A stretch of DNA of 64,000 nucleotides from Acanthaster planci (taxonomy: Eukaryota). Below the pieces are notes generated by a model, which saw nothing but the letters and a program-made list of their open reading frames with translations, was not told where the DNA came from and did not search any database. This document shows positions 25,801 to 37,800 of the stretch, piece by piece (position 1 is the first letter of the stretch; each line of letters begins with the position of its first letter). Position numbers and translations under genes: made by a program. Location of the stretch: NCBI RefSeq assembly GCF_001949145.1, contig NW_019091360.1, positions 2,477,599 through 2,541,598 on the forward strand, in the 5' to 3' direction.

Positions 25801-28800
25801 CAAAACGATAGTCCAACCTTCCATCGTTCCAGTGATACAGGTCAAACTAAAGTTAATCATAATTATCACTGGAACTTGCTCATACTGCTCAGGCTTTTAT
25901 TTCTGCTCTTGCCACCAGTCTCAGATGAAAATTAATTGTTGAATTATTGAAATGTTAGTTGCTGTCAAAATAAGGCTAGCAAAATGAAAAGAGACAAATG
26001 GCAAATATTGCTCATCTGTCACTCCTAAAGGATTTTTGTGAAGAGCCTTTCCTAAGCATTCAACTTATACCACCCACACTACCCATGTAGAAACCTATTA
26101 GTATGATCACTTCCATTGCATTTATAGTTTCATGGGGCATCAAGCATGACAACAGGTGCATTGTTCTTAAATTACCTTGCTTTTTTGTGAAATACTGATC
26201 TGTCTCATTGAAAGAAAGTTATCCTCTCCTCATTGAGATTCTGAGAGTGAGTTAGGGAGCATCTAAAAATCAGGAACATTCCCATTCCGTTGGACCCTTC
26301 ACCACTGTAAGGCTAGCGTTCTATCGTTCCACTTTGTGCATAGATCGTTCTAGGTAGCGTTCCGTTGGGAATGCATGTTCTCAGCGGAAGGGTCCAGCTG
26401 TTACATTTGCAATCAGGAAGGAAGATTTCTGGCATTCAGTTTTTAGACCCCATGTCTGAAGCATGGCAGCCGTGGCACAGCATTTTGTGATCTACTCCTC
26501 ATGAAGGTTAACTTTTCTCCTGTTTTTGTTGTTTCCATTTTCACCATGACATATAACTTACCATACAATAATTTGGGAATATTTCTGGACACCGGTAATT
26601 TTATTGTTTTAATGTTATTGTCTGTACCCGCGAGTGTTTTACTCATCGTCAGGCTTGCGTGGTAGAGGGGTTTATCATGGCATTGTTTCTGTGCAGAAGT
26701 AGTCCATCATATCATAAACAATTTGGAAACGTAACCTGTGATTGAAGGGGTGTGGGAAGAGGTCTTTTAAAATCACTAGAAAGGTTGAACGACATGACTG
26801 AGGCAAATAAGCAATTAAGGTATTGAAGCCTACAGCCCAGTGATACAACATATATTCTCCATGCAGTCAGCAGGTATTGCTTTCCACTTTTGTATCTCAG
26901 TCAAAAGCAAAATATCCGTATCAGATTAACAAATTTGCCACATCATATTTCCATCTTCAGTTTAATTCCAATTCTTATTCAAAATTAAGCTTATCATAAA
27001 AGCAAAGTAGTTTACCTACACTCGTTTGTCTTGGCAGGCTCTGTTTTGGGACATTGGGCTGAGGTTAGTACATGGGAGATATAAAGCTACCCGAATGAGG
27101 ATGTTCCAACAGGAACGCGTGTTCCCGTCGGACTGTTCTCACAAATGAACACAGCATTCCAGGTGGAACGCGACTGGACGGCCGACTGTTTCGGAATGAG
27201 AACACGGCATTTCAATGTGAACGTTCCGAATTATGAGACGCTCCCTTAGTTTGTGTTTTCTAATTTTTTGTTGTTGTTGGCTTAGACAAGCTTGGTGAAG
27301 TGCAATGTGTCAGTTCTAGACAACATGTTCCGCACCCCTCTACACTGGGCAGCAGTACTTGGCCACACCCATATTGTGGACCTTTTGCTGGATGCAGGTG
27401 CCAATGTGACCAGCTCAGATGCTAACGGGGCAACACCCCTGCATTATGCTGCACAGAACAACCATGCTGTAAGTAAACAAGAAAAACAAATTGAAGTAAT
27501 TATTGTGACTTTATCACCATTACTAATAGTATGCTGCTATGCGTCACTGCTCATTGCATCAATATCAGTATTTTCCACACACTTGTACGAGGGCTATGCT
27601 TTGCAACCTCATATCCAAAACCTGTCTGTTCACGTCTTGAGCTGGTTTAATTGTGGATCAGGTACTCGTAATTAACATCACAAATTAATTAGTAAAACGG
27701 AGAGCTTACTAGGCAAGTTGTAAGGTTGGTTACAAGTGCTCAACTCTATAAGCCCCAAGCAGGACCAAGAGATGGCACAATTTTCCTAGCAACAGAGGCT
27801 CCTTTGTTGGGAACTGCACTTCGCAGGTTCAAGGTGTTTCTGCTTAAGGCAGATAATTTGGAACCTGTTCCAGGTTTGAACAGTCAGGCACTTAGGTACG
27901 TCTACCTTGTTTTGATGTTTTGCTCTGTCCAAATCTGGCTGACATTGTACATTGTGCGGAAAAAGACAAATGTATGTGTACTACTGTGTGAACTGAGCAT
28001 AATTGACCAAACTGATATAAGTGCTGTATGGTGTTTGTTCCATTAGGATACGGTGGCAGCTTTTCTGAGTCGTGATGGCATTACGGATGAGCCAGACCTG
28101 GAGGGGCGGACCGCACTGATGTGGGCTGCTGGCAAAGGTGCTGATGCCGTGATTGTACGCATGGTTGACATCAGCCAGCCGGACATCAATGCTACAGATA
28201 AAACGGGTGCAACAGGTGAGCTGCATGTAGTGGAATGTCATCAAACGAAGTCAGAATGTCACATGACCACACAATTTTTCTGAGATAAGTCACCACAGTA
28301 GTAGGCAAGCCTTTTGGTCAGCAGCTGTATACAGAATCAATTTCTCAGCAAGTGTTATGAGGGACCATAGAAGTATAACACAGGGGACCTGTGCAATGGA
28401 ATATTGTGTAAATCTTCCTACCATTTTTTGGTTATTTGACATATCTCCATCTCAAGATTTTGATGAGATTTTCTCTGCTGATATTGAGCCTGATGAAGTA
28501 ATCATTACATAGTGGGAAAAGATTTGCAACTTTCTATGGGCCACACACCATATGTCTCCAATAATTTTCATTTTTTTTAACTTCTCTCTGCAGCCTTACA
28601 TGCGGCAGCTATGTGTGGCCATCCAAGCACAATTCAAGTACTTCTAGAGGTAAGACATTCGTAATCATTACTCCAAGGGGTGTTTTTGCTGGAATGTAAC
28701 GTCAGTCCTGTAAAATCCTCCAGCTGCCTCCATGTGAAAAGTGGATATAGCTTCAGTCCCTTAAAACCTTGATTATTTCTTAGATGTGTTCATTGGAGGA

Positions 28801-31800
28801 TTACCCCTGTCGTAATCATTCAAAGCCTCCAACAGTTCCCATAAGTGTGTTGAGGCAGTTGGAATAGTATCCTAGAGCAGTGCGGATGATGTCAGGTTCC
28901 TAAATTTATGCATGGCTGAGCCTGTGCAGCACAAGGCCCAATACTTTGATGGAGTGCATCATTCAAAATTAGCTTCAAGTTTCTGTGTGACAGTTTCAAT
29001 CCTATAAAATCTTTCCAGAGGATTGGAAAGGCCGGCATAACCATTTAGAAAACAGCCATTAGTTTAGAACAAAATCCATGCCTAATTTCTCTGCATCTGT
29101 TTCTTCAGTTTAGAAGAGCTGATCAACAGAATTCATCAGAATAGTTTACATATATATTAATTTTTTAAGATCTTTGAAAAATATGAAATCTATTATTGAT
29201 GAGCAAACCCATGTCAAGGAATTGTTTCTTCTGAAATGATTTATAGCTGGATGCAAATGTGAACATGCTGGATCAGTCCAAACATACCCCACTATTCAGG
29301 GCAGCAGAGATGGGCCATACGCTTGTGGCCAAAGCACTTGTACAAGGTATGTTCCTGACCATTCACGTAAATGCTAAGGGCCCATTTACACAGACTAGTG
29401 GTGCCTTAAAGGTGGACTGGCCAACTTTGAATATACAGCTGAATTATTCTGGGTGCTGCTGCAATTGGAATGAACCAGTTTGGTATTCACACAGCATATG
29501 CTCAAAATGAAGCACATCTGACGTCATTTGAAAATAGCAATGAGGTCATTTGAGAATAGCAGTGAGGTCATTTGAAAATAGCAATGGGGTCATTTGAAAA
29601 TAGCAATGGGGTCATTTGAAAATAGCAATAGGCGCGTAAGGTCAGCCCAATCAGGGCAGCCCCATGTCAACACAAATATGTTGAACATGTTTATATTCTT
29701 GAATGACTTGTCCTTTTGAAATATTAAGCTGGCTCTCTGTAAGAGTTTTTTTAAATCCAAATAGTGTGTATGGATTTGTCATTGGACTGCTTGTACATGT
29801 AAGTACAGTGTATAAGTTCGGAAGGAAATCACCTTCATTTTTGGCTAACTGATGTCTTTTTTATTTCATCACAGGTGGTGCCCATGTTGATATCATTGAT
29901 CAAGAGGGTCGGTCACCTCTTCACTGGTATGTTTAGAAACGTCATTGTTGTGAAAGAAGTAACCCCTCCGATTCATGTTGTACTGTTTTCATTTGAATGA
30001 GTAATTTTTCAGAACAACCATCAATACCCAGACAGACAACGTCATAAAAACCAGTGCTGTAGTCGAGACCACTTAAGACCCTCACAAGACCACACAAGAC
30101 ACTCAGCACAAGACCAACACAAGACTTCCAGTCTGAATTCAAGCCACTAGCTCTTCAAATGAACTGCAACAGAAGCATTCCTTTGTCATTGTTCACCCTG
30201 TTTTGTGACTGGTCTTGTGATGGTCTCCACTACAGTCATTTGCAAAAGTTTAGGACCACCCATAGGAAATGCATTAACCTGAAGGAAAACCAAACTTAAA
30301 CCAATCAATCATGGCAACTTATGTTTATTTTCAATGTGTAACCTTGGTACCTTGGTTGAACATTTTTGACTACCATTCCATGATTTGACATCTTAACAGT
30401 CTAATATTCAGTGTTCCCTCCTTTTAATATTTCTAATTGCTTAGACTGGCTTTTTTTACCCATGCTGCCTTACAGACAAAATGTCTTACTACACCTACCT
30501 TTCCACAAAATTTCATTGAAATGGGTATATAGCATTACACTGATGTTATGCACCACTGTAACATCATAAGGAATCATTCAATGAGACAATGTAATGCAGG
30601 CCCAGTGACATAAATACCAATAAAATTCAAGATGGTCTTAAACTTCTGCAAATGACTGTACAACGCTGATAAAAACCTTACAAGATTGTGATTGTTACTG
30701 CACACATATGGGTCTATGGAGAGCTTTATGGCTTTTATTTTACCTGCCAATCAAAAAGATTGAGTGAAATATGAAATTGCTTTAACAGTTCAATGTCTTC
30801 AATTATAGATCTGAAATGCAGAGGTGATGGTTTGTGACAATTATTCCATATCATGTGTTTATGGGTTTTCCAAATTTAAGACGTGCCTTTGTTTGTACCT
30901 GGTCATTTTTTGTACAGGGCAGCATTGGGTGGCCACACCTGTATCTGTGCCATCCTGGTTGGGGAGGGCATTGACCCCAACATCCAGGATTTCAATGGGA
31001 GAACCCCGCTGCAATGTGCCAGTTATGGAGGATTCACCAACAGCATATCCTTGCTGCTTGAGAAGGGCGCTGACCCAAATTCTCAGGATATCGAGGTAAG
31101 TCTCGACGTCCAATTGAATACAAGCACGTTTTGATATCTGAGCAACTCTTGTAATTATTTTAAGAGCATTTCCTTTTGACCTCCATATATTGACCGATCA
31201 GCAGCCATGTATTATGGGCCTTCATCAGCAAACGTGATGACTTGCAGTACAAGGAAACATGGCACGTATGTCAGTTCTCGGTCCATTCCATCGCTAGCAT
31301 GCTGTGCGGACTGGTTAGGCAGCATACATGTACCTTAATTTTCGGAGTATAAGCGGCCCGCTGTATAAGCCACAGCATGCAAAAATCGGCAAATTAAGAT
31401 TTAAAGTCAGCGTATAAGCCGCACCGCAGCAGTGATGATCCAACAACGAAGGTCGTCATGCTGCGTGCTGAAGTGCCAATACAGCATGTACTGTACATCA
31501 ACGATTCCACTACACATGCAATCCTAATAAAAGTAAGCAAAATGTGAAAGAGTGTCACCATAAAAAGTGAATTTTAAGTCCTCAAAACTTAATATTTTTT
31601 GCGGGCTGGATGGTGGTCCTGTGTGGGCCGTACATCAGCTCTTGCCTCTTTTTCTCCCGAGGCTCGCAAAAGTTATGTAGTCAGGGACTTACAATAAAAT
31701 CTCGGTAACTCAAAGTCGGTTAATGAAAGATCGTTTTATCTCATAGGTTGACTATTTCTTGCCAAAAAAATAGGCTATTAAAAAATACCTCTGTAACTGG

Positions 31801-34800
31801 CTACAATACTACATCCGATTATCTCGAGGTTTTTGTGATGCCGATCAAAAAACACAACCAAATTGCTTCAGAAATGAAAAATCCACCACAAGACCTTGGT
31901 TCGAGTCATCACATTGGAACCGCTTGTGTTGCATGCAAGCTGCGTGCAGTATGGCACACACGCTCTAAACGTATCACCGCAATTGTGACAAACCCTGTTT
32001 TCAGGCTAGCCTGACTGCTACCGCAGACCCATTCATGGACAATCCAATCGCCAACTCTTTCCGATAACCAAGTGACCACAGAAAGTGTTGTCATCAGAAA
32101 ACCCAAGTGAAAAAACCTGAAATTCTGTGGCATGTCATGCTGAACACGATCGGCGAAAAGAAAACAGATCTGCCTCACGAATGTACACCATTGAAGCAGT
32201 TTTTGCTTATTTAAGCCTAACACTCCTCAATCTTTTACCTGTTGGAGGACTGAGGACTGTTAGGGTTAACGGTAGAAAGAAATCTTTAGGTCACGACAAT
32301 AAAAAAAAAGGAAAATGATTATTTGTCTACAAATATTACACCATGAGATTGAATAAAAAAAACGGGAAAATAATCACTAAAAAATGTTGCCACAGGGCAA
32401 GTAAAGTTTAAGATTATGTAGGCCCGTCACATTTCATGCATATGTTTCATGACTCCGTGACTCAGGGAATTCATTAAAAACTTGAAATCTGGAAAACTCA
32501 AATTTTGACTTATTCTCCGAGGTTCGAGTTCTCAGATGTAAGCAGCAACCAACGAAAACCAGACTGCGCCACCTGCACGTGGTATGCGTAGCCCAGACCC
32601 TACTTTTGTGACTGATTTTATGCTTCAAAGTTTGCCGTATAAACCGCTTGGTGTATAAGCCACAGAGACATTTTTCAGCATGAGAATCAGTGCTTAAGCC
32701 ACAGCTTATATTCCAAAAATTACCGTATTTGCCTACAATGGTAGTTCCAGGGTCTCCAAAATGAAACAAAGCACAATACCAGGTTTGAATCACTGACAGA
32801 TATGCTTTCCATGGAGGCAACACTCTTGATCATATAAGCTTGGTCAACTGATGTTGTCATCGACCCTTATTAATTTCAAGCTTTGAGTATATTTCTACAT
32901 GAAATGACAGAGTTTCTAAAGTTGAATCCAATACACCTCTAACATGATCACTTCACACTTTACTTACATGTGTACTATATCTAATGGCAGTAAGGTGGGA
33001 CATGATCCATTGAGCCTTTGCAGGAAAGCGCACCTGTAAACAGTGTGTGATGTTGTTGTGTTTTAGGTCTGTTGGCCATTTTTATGCTCATATGTCAGAC
33101 ACTGTTGTAGTTACGTTTACCCTGTACAAACTGTAACAACATTTCTATGTTGAATGGTTTCCAACTGTTGTGGTTTGTGCATAGGGCATGACTGCATTAC
33201 ACTGGTGCTGCAGCTCTGGTTACCTGGATGCCGCCAAGCTACTGCTGGACCACTGTGCCTTCCCCAACCACATTGAGTACACGGAGGACCGCTTCACGCC
33301 TCTTGATTATGCCCTGCTGAATGAACACCATCACATTGCACAGTATATGATCGAGCAGGGGGCGCTATCCATCACAGGCATCCGTGACATCGCTGCCATT
33401 CGGATACAGGCCTACTTCCGAGGATACCGAGTCCGCAAAACGTTTGTTGAGAGGAAGAAGTTACTTATGAAGCATGAGCAGCTGAGGAAGGATGCTGCCA
33501 AGTAAGTGAACCTCAAATTTGGGACAGTAGAAACACCTGTTGGCACTTTAAGCATTCTTCCATCTAAGGGGTGCAGTCTGCCAACTAAAGGGTGCATTAC
33601 GCCAATTTAGGGGTGCATTTCTAACCATACTCTGAACCTTCCCTAACCCACACATTGTCGAACCTGTTGTCACAGTTCTTATTATCTCTTTCCCTCTATC
33701 CCTGACCCTATTACTCCCCCCCCCATTTTCATTACCACTCCCTAATTTGTTTACTTTGTTGTACTTTCCGTAAATTGTTCAATTGTGCGTAACATAGTCC
33801 TAACTTACGGTATGTTTGGTTGTCATACTTTTGTGTAATTATTCATTGTACTGTATTTTACAACCTTTTTAGGGAATTACATGGAAATATCAATTTTCAT
33901 GTAAATTTGTTGGGATGACTGTAATAAATGAAATGAATATTATATTCAGACACAATGAAGGGTTCAAGTAACAATCCAATAAGGGGTATTTCTTGCTTCT
34001 GTGGAACATTTGAAAACTGACATGGTTAATGTTGGTCAATTTGGAAACAAAGCAGTTGTATTTGCCATTTCTGATATTCAGTGTACTTTGCATTTGTAGG
34101 AAGAGAGTGGAAATGACCAAGAAAATTGAGACCAAAGAAACCTTAAAAGCAAACACAGGAAACTGTGATGCCCAGACAGGACAACTTAACAGTGATCAGA
34201 TAGAGAAAAGTGGAAAAACTGAAGAAGTGTCTTCTGAACTGCGACTGGAACAAACCAATTGTGAATTGGAAACAGAACTGGAGTTGGGACAACCCAAGAA
34301 ACGATGCTGGGAAACAGATATACAGACAGCTGGCAAAGCAAGCAACGAGGATATAGACATCAAAGGAGAGGATGGGAGCTTGAGGTCAGAGGTCAGAGAT
34401 GAAAACCAGTCATCAGATCGTACCACTTCAGACAGGGGAAGGCACAACTTGGACAAGCTTAATGTAAGAGAATCACAAACACGAAAAGGCAGTGAGCACA
34501 AGAATGATCTTGTTAAAGAACAGGAGACTGCGAGCGTTCTATATTTGCAGTCATCAGAAGGTGCAAAAATCATGGCGAGGAATCAAGAAAGAACTGAAAA
34601 TAATATTTCCCTTGTGAACAACCATACAGACGTTCGGGCTGGCACTGCAAATGCAAACTCAAACAACAGCAACAGTAATCCAGACATTGTTTCGGGAAGT
34701 GACAAAAGAACAGAGCATGGGAAGTTTGAGGAGAGGAGACATCTTGGGGGACAGGACAGGTGTACACACACTGGTGGTAATACTGTCACCCATCAATTGT

Positions 34801-37800
34801 CAACTGAGGATAGGCAACAGGTGGTTGAGAGAGAGAGGCGGAGACTCACAGTTTGGAGGAGGGAAAGTGACTCAGCAATCACCATTCAAAGGGCATGGAA
34901 AAAGTAAGGCACTTACTAAATGGTTTTACTTGCAGCAGTTTGAAAGATGTTTTAGTCAAGAAAACTTCAAATGTATGCAGAGCCGTTTAGGAACAGAACA
35001 TTTATTTCTTCATTATAGTTTTGACATTTGACTATGGCTGAGTAGCTCTTGCCACTGGCAAAGCCAAGGATTAACACTGAAAGCCAAAAATTAGTTTGGC
35101 ATTTCAAAAATACAGTTTCAGTCTTGCTTCAGAAAATCGTAAATATGTGAGTTAAAAGTGGTTTCGATTTCTTTGGAATTTGGTAATTCTAGTGCGGACA
35201 TGTTAAAATACTTTCTTCCCTTACTTTTTTTGACCAAAAATGGTGTTTTGTAATAAAAGCTTTTCAAATGCCTATGTGGGATACATTATTTTGTTTTATT
35301 TGTGTTGTAGAAATGTTCAAGTTATACCCTTTTCAATCTTTTTTTAGTTTTAAGCAGCACCAGTTGCACAGGAATGTCAGTCATTATCTGGACTTCAGTA
35401 ACACTAAACAATGGGCAAACAGGAGAAAAGTCCCTATGTCACACCACAGGATAGACCCCAGGTCAGATGAGGCAGGGGATCATCATCTGTCAGCTGCCCA
35501 CACTATCAAGCAACCTTGGAGGGGTTACAACTTGAACAAGCTTCAGTCAGCATCGAAGGCTGGGAGCATTAGTCAACCCCGGCTGAATGCTCTCAAACAT
35601 GCTGTACTGATGAATAAGACATACGGTAAGTACAATGATATACTACTTTTCTTTATCTCTTAGGTCTATTTACACTTATGGGCTATCCACCCTTGTTGCA
35701 ACCAAGTTATATAATTCCAGGTAAAGTCCCTTTTTTTCTATAAAGTTAAAGGTGGTGTACACGGTACACCATTGGTTTTTTGTCGTAATTTCACAAGATT
35801 GGCTGATTACAGTGTATAATATTCACTGCAACTGACATTCCATTCACTTGTTTCATGTTTGGGTCAACTGCTTTGTGAAAAATTGAGAAAAACAGTGAGG
35901 CATTTTCAATGCTTAAATCGAAGGTCTTGTAGTTTATCTTGCGTAAAATCTATGAATTATAGGGCGTTCGTAGTACAAGCGAACAACGTCCGCGGGGTTA
36001 GGGTGGGAACAGGTGTGACAGGTTCTCATTCCCTTAAAAAAGGAGCATTTTTCAACGGTTAGGAGTAATCAGTAAATTTACCCCTTACCTTGGAGTAATG
36101 CGCCTCCTCGACAATGTAGCATTGCGGATTCGTGGAAAAACTTCATCCAGGAACACAGCAGTCGACTTGTGTCTGTGACATCGAAACGAGTAGGCCTATA
36201 TTATAATGCACATGGGCGCGATCGTGTTTATAACGGCTATTTCATGTCAGTCCACCCGTCGCGTGAAAGTCTAAAGCGGCATTCATAGTTGAGTCATTAA
36301 TAATTATTATAAGTAAAAAAGAATTACGTCTTGAACAAGGGATGATTAACATGTGGAAATCGTACTTTTTGTTGACGAGAATCATCATGCTCGGAAACAG
36401 CCGCCATAATGGATCCTACCATTATTATCTAGGGGTGATTTTGAATTCGCAACGTTTTCCCATTAAAGAAAAATTTCCGTAAATAAAATTCAACTTCAAA
36501 CTGATCCAATTTATTTTCTACTTTACGCCTAACACTCAGGTTTCTGTAATTTCAGTTCACAGTGTTTTTGGTAAAAGAAAAATGTTGGTATATTTTTGGC
36601 TGCTTTTAGGTTTATCCGTTCATTAATGGAGACTCCCACAACATCTGCAAACACTACATTGGCCCAAATAGAAAATTGGTGCCTGTTAGAGGATGTGATG
36701 TGCGAAGTGAAATGAACTCTATTCCGATGGTCGGCCGACCATCGTAAAAAAAAAACAAAATGTTTGTTTTCTTGAAAATTACAACATTCTGGGTGGAAAT
36801 ATTTTACAGACTGATTGAGACTGTTATGTACTTTCCTTCAAGTAAGATATTTGAGGAATATGTGGTAGTCCCATTTTCAGGATTTTACCAATGGTGTACA
36901 CCACCTTTAAGTCAAGTCTCAAGTCAAGCCAATTTGAAATTACATGTACTTCACTTGCAAGAACATGCTTCAGCATTGTTCCCATCTGCACTGGCACATT
37001 AAAATCATTAGCATGAACGAAAATCAGTTTATCTGTTTGATGTGGCTGTTTCAAGGAGTGCATCAAGTAAGGGGAATTCACAAATAACTTGCATACTTGT
37101 CAAACATTCTCGCTAAAACACCTTATTTGAATATTAAATAGTCTAAAGTCTTCTCTTAAACTCTGTGTGGTGAAGTGGTTGTAGTCATTTAAAAGGTAAT
37201 GTCAAGAAGTCAAGTTTATTCATGTCAAGTCACAAGTCATATTTTGTCAAGTCAAGTCAGCTCAAGTCTCAAGTCAACAAAAAGCAACTCAAGTCTGACT
37301 CAAGACCAAGTCAGTGACTCAAGTCCATCCATCCAGAGTGGGAGCAGGAGAAGGTGCTTTTTTCATAGCAGTAGTGTATCTTGCGGGAAATACATTTTGT
37401 TGTTGCGCCGTTGTACTTCCTCACTTGTTTAAAGCACATTAAACCAGAGGATGTGCATAGATTGCTCCCAATTTGGTTACATGTATCTCTGTTCATAGAA
37501 AATGATGCTCTGGAAACCAGGCTTGAGGATGAGATATTGCATTGCCGTGTCCAAAAGGGGCTTTTAGAGCTGTGGCTATGTCTGTTGTCAGCGCGTCTCC
37601 GCATATTTTCAGTGCAGTGAAGACGTACATCTAACTCTAACAACACATTCGGACAGAGCTGTTAAATACTTCCCACCAACGTGGCTCTTTTCAATCGATG
37701 AGGGGGCACTTCTGTTCAATGCTGATAACCGAAATCATGAGGGGAAACTGCGTGTGCCGGTCAAAAGTTGCTCGGTGTGCAAATTATTGACTGTGACAAG

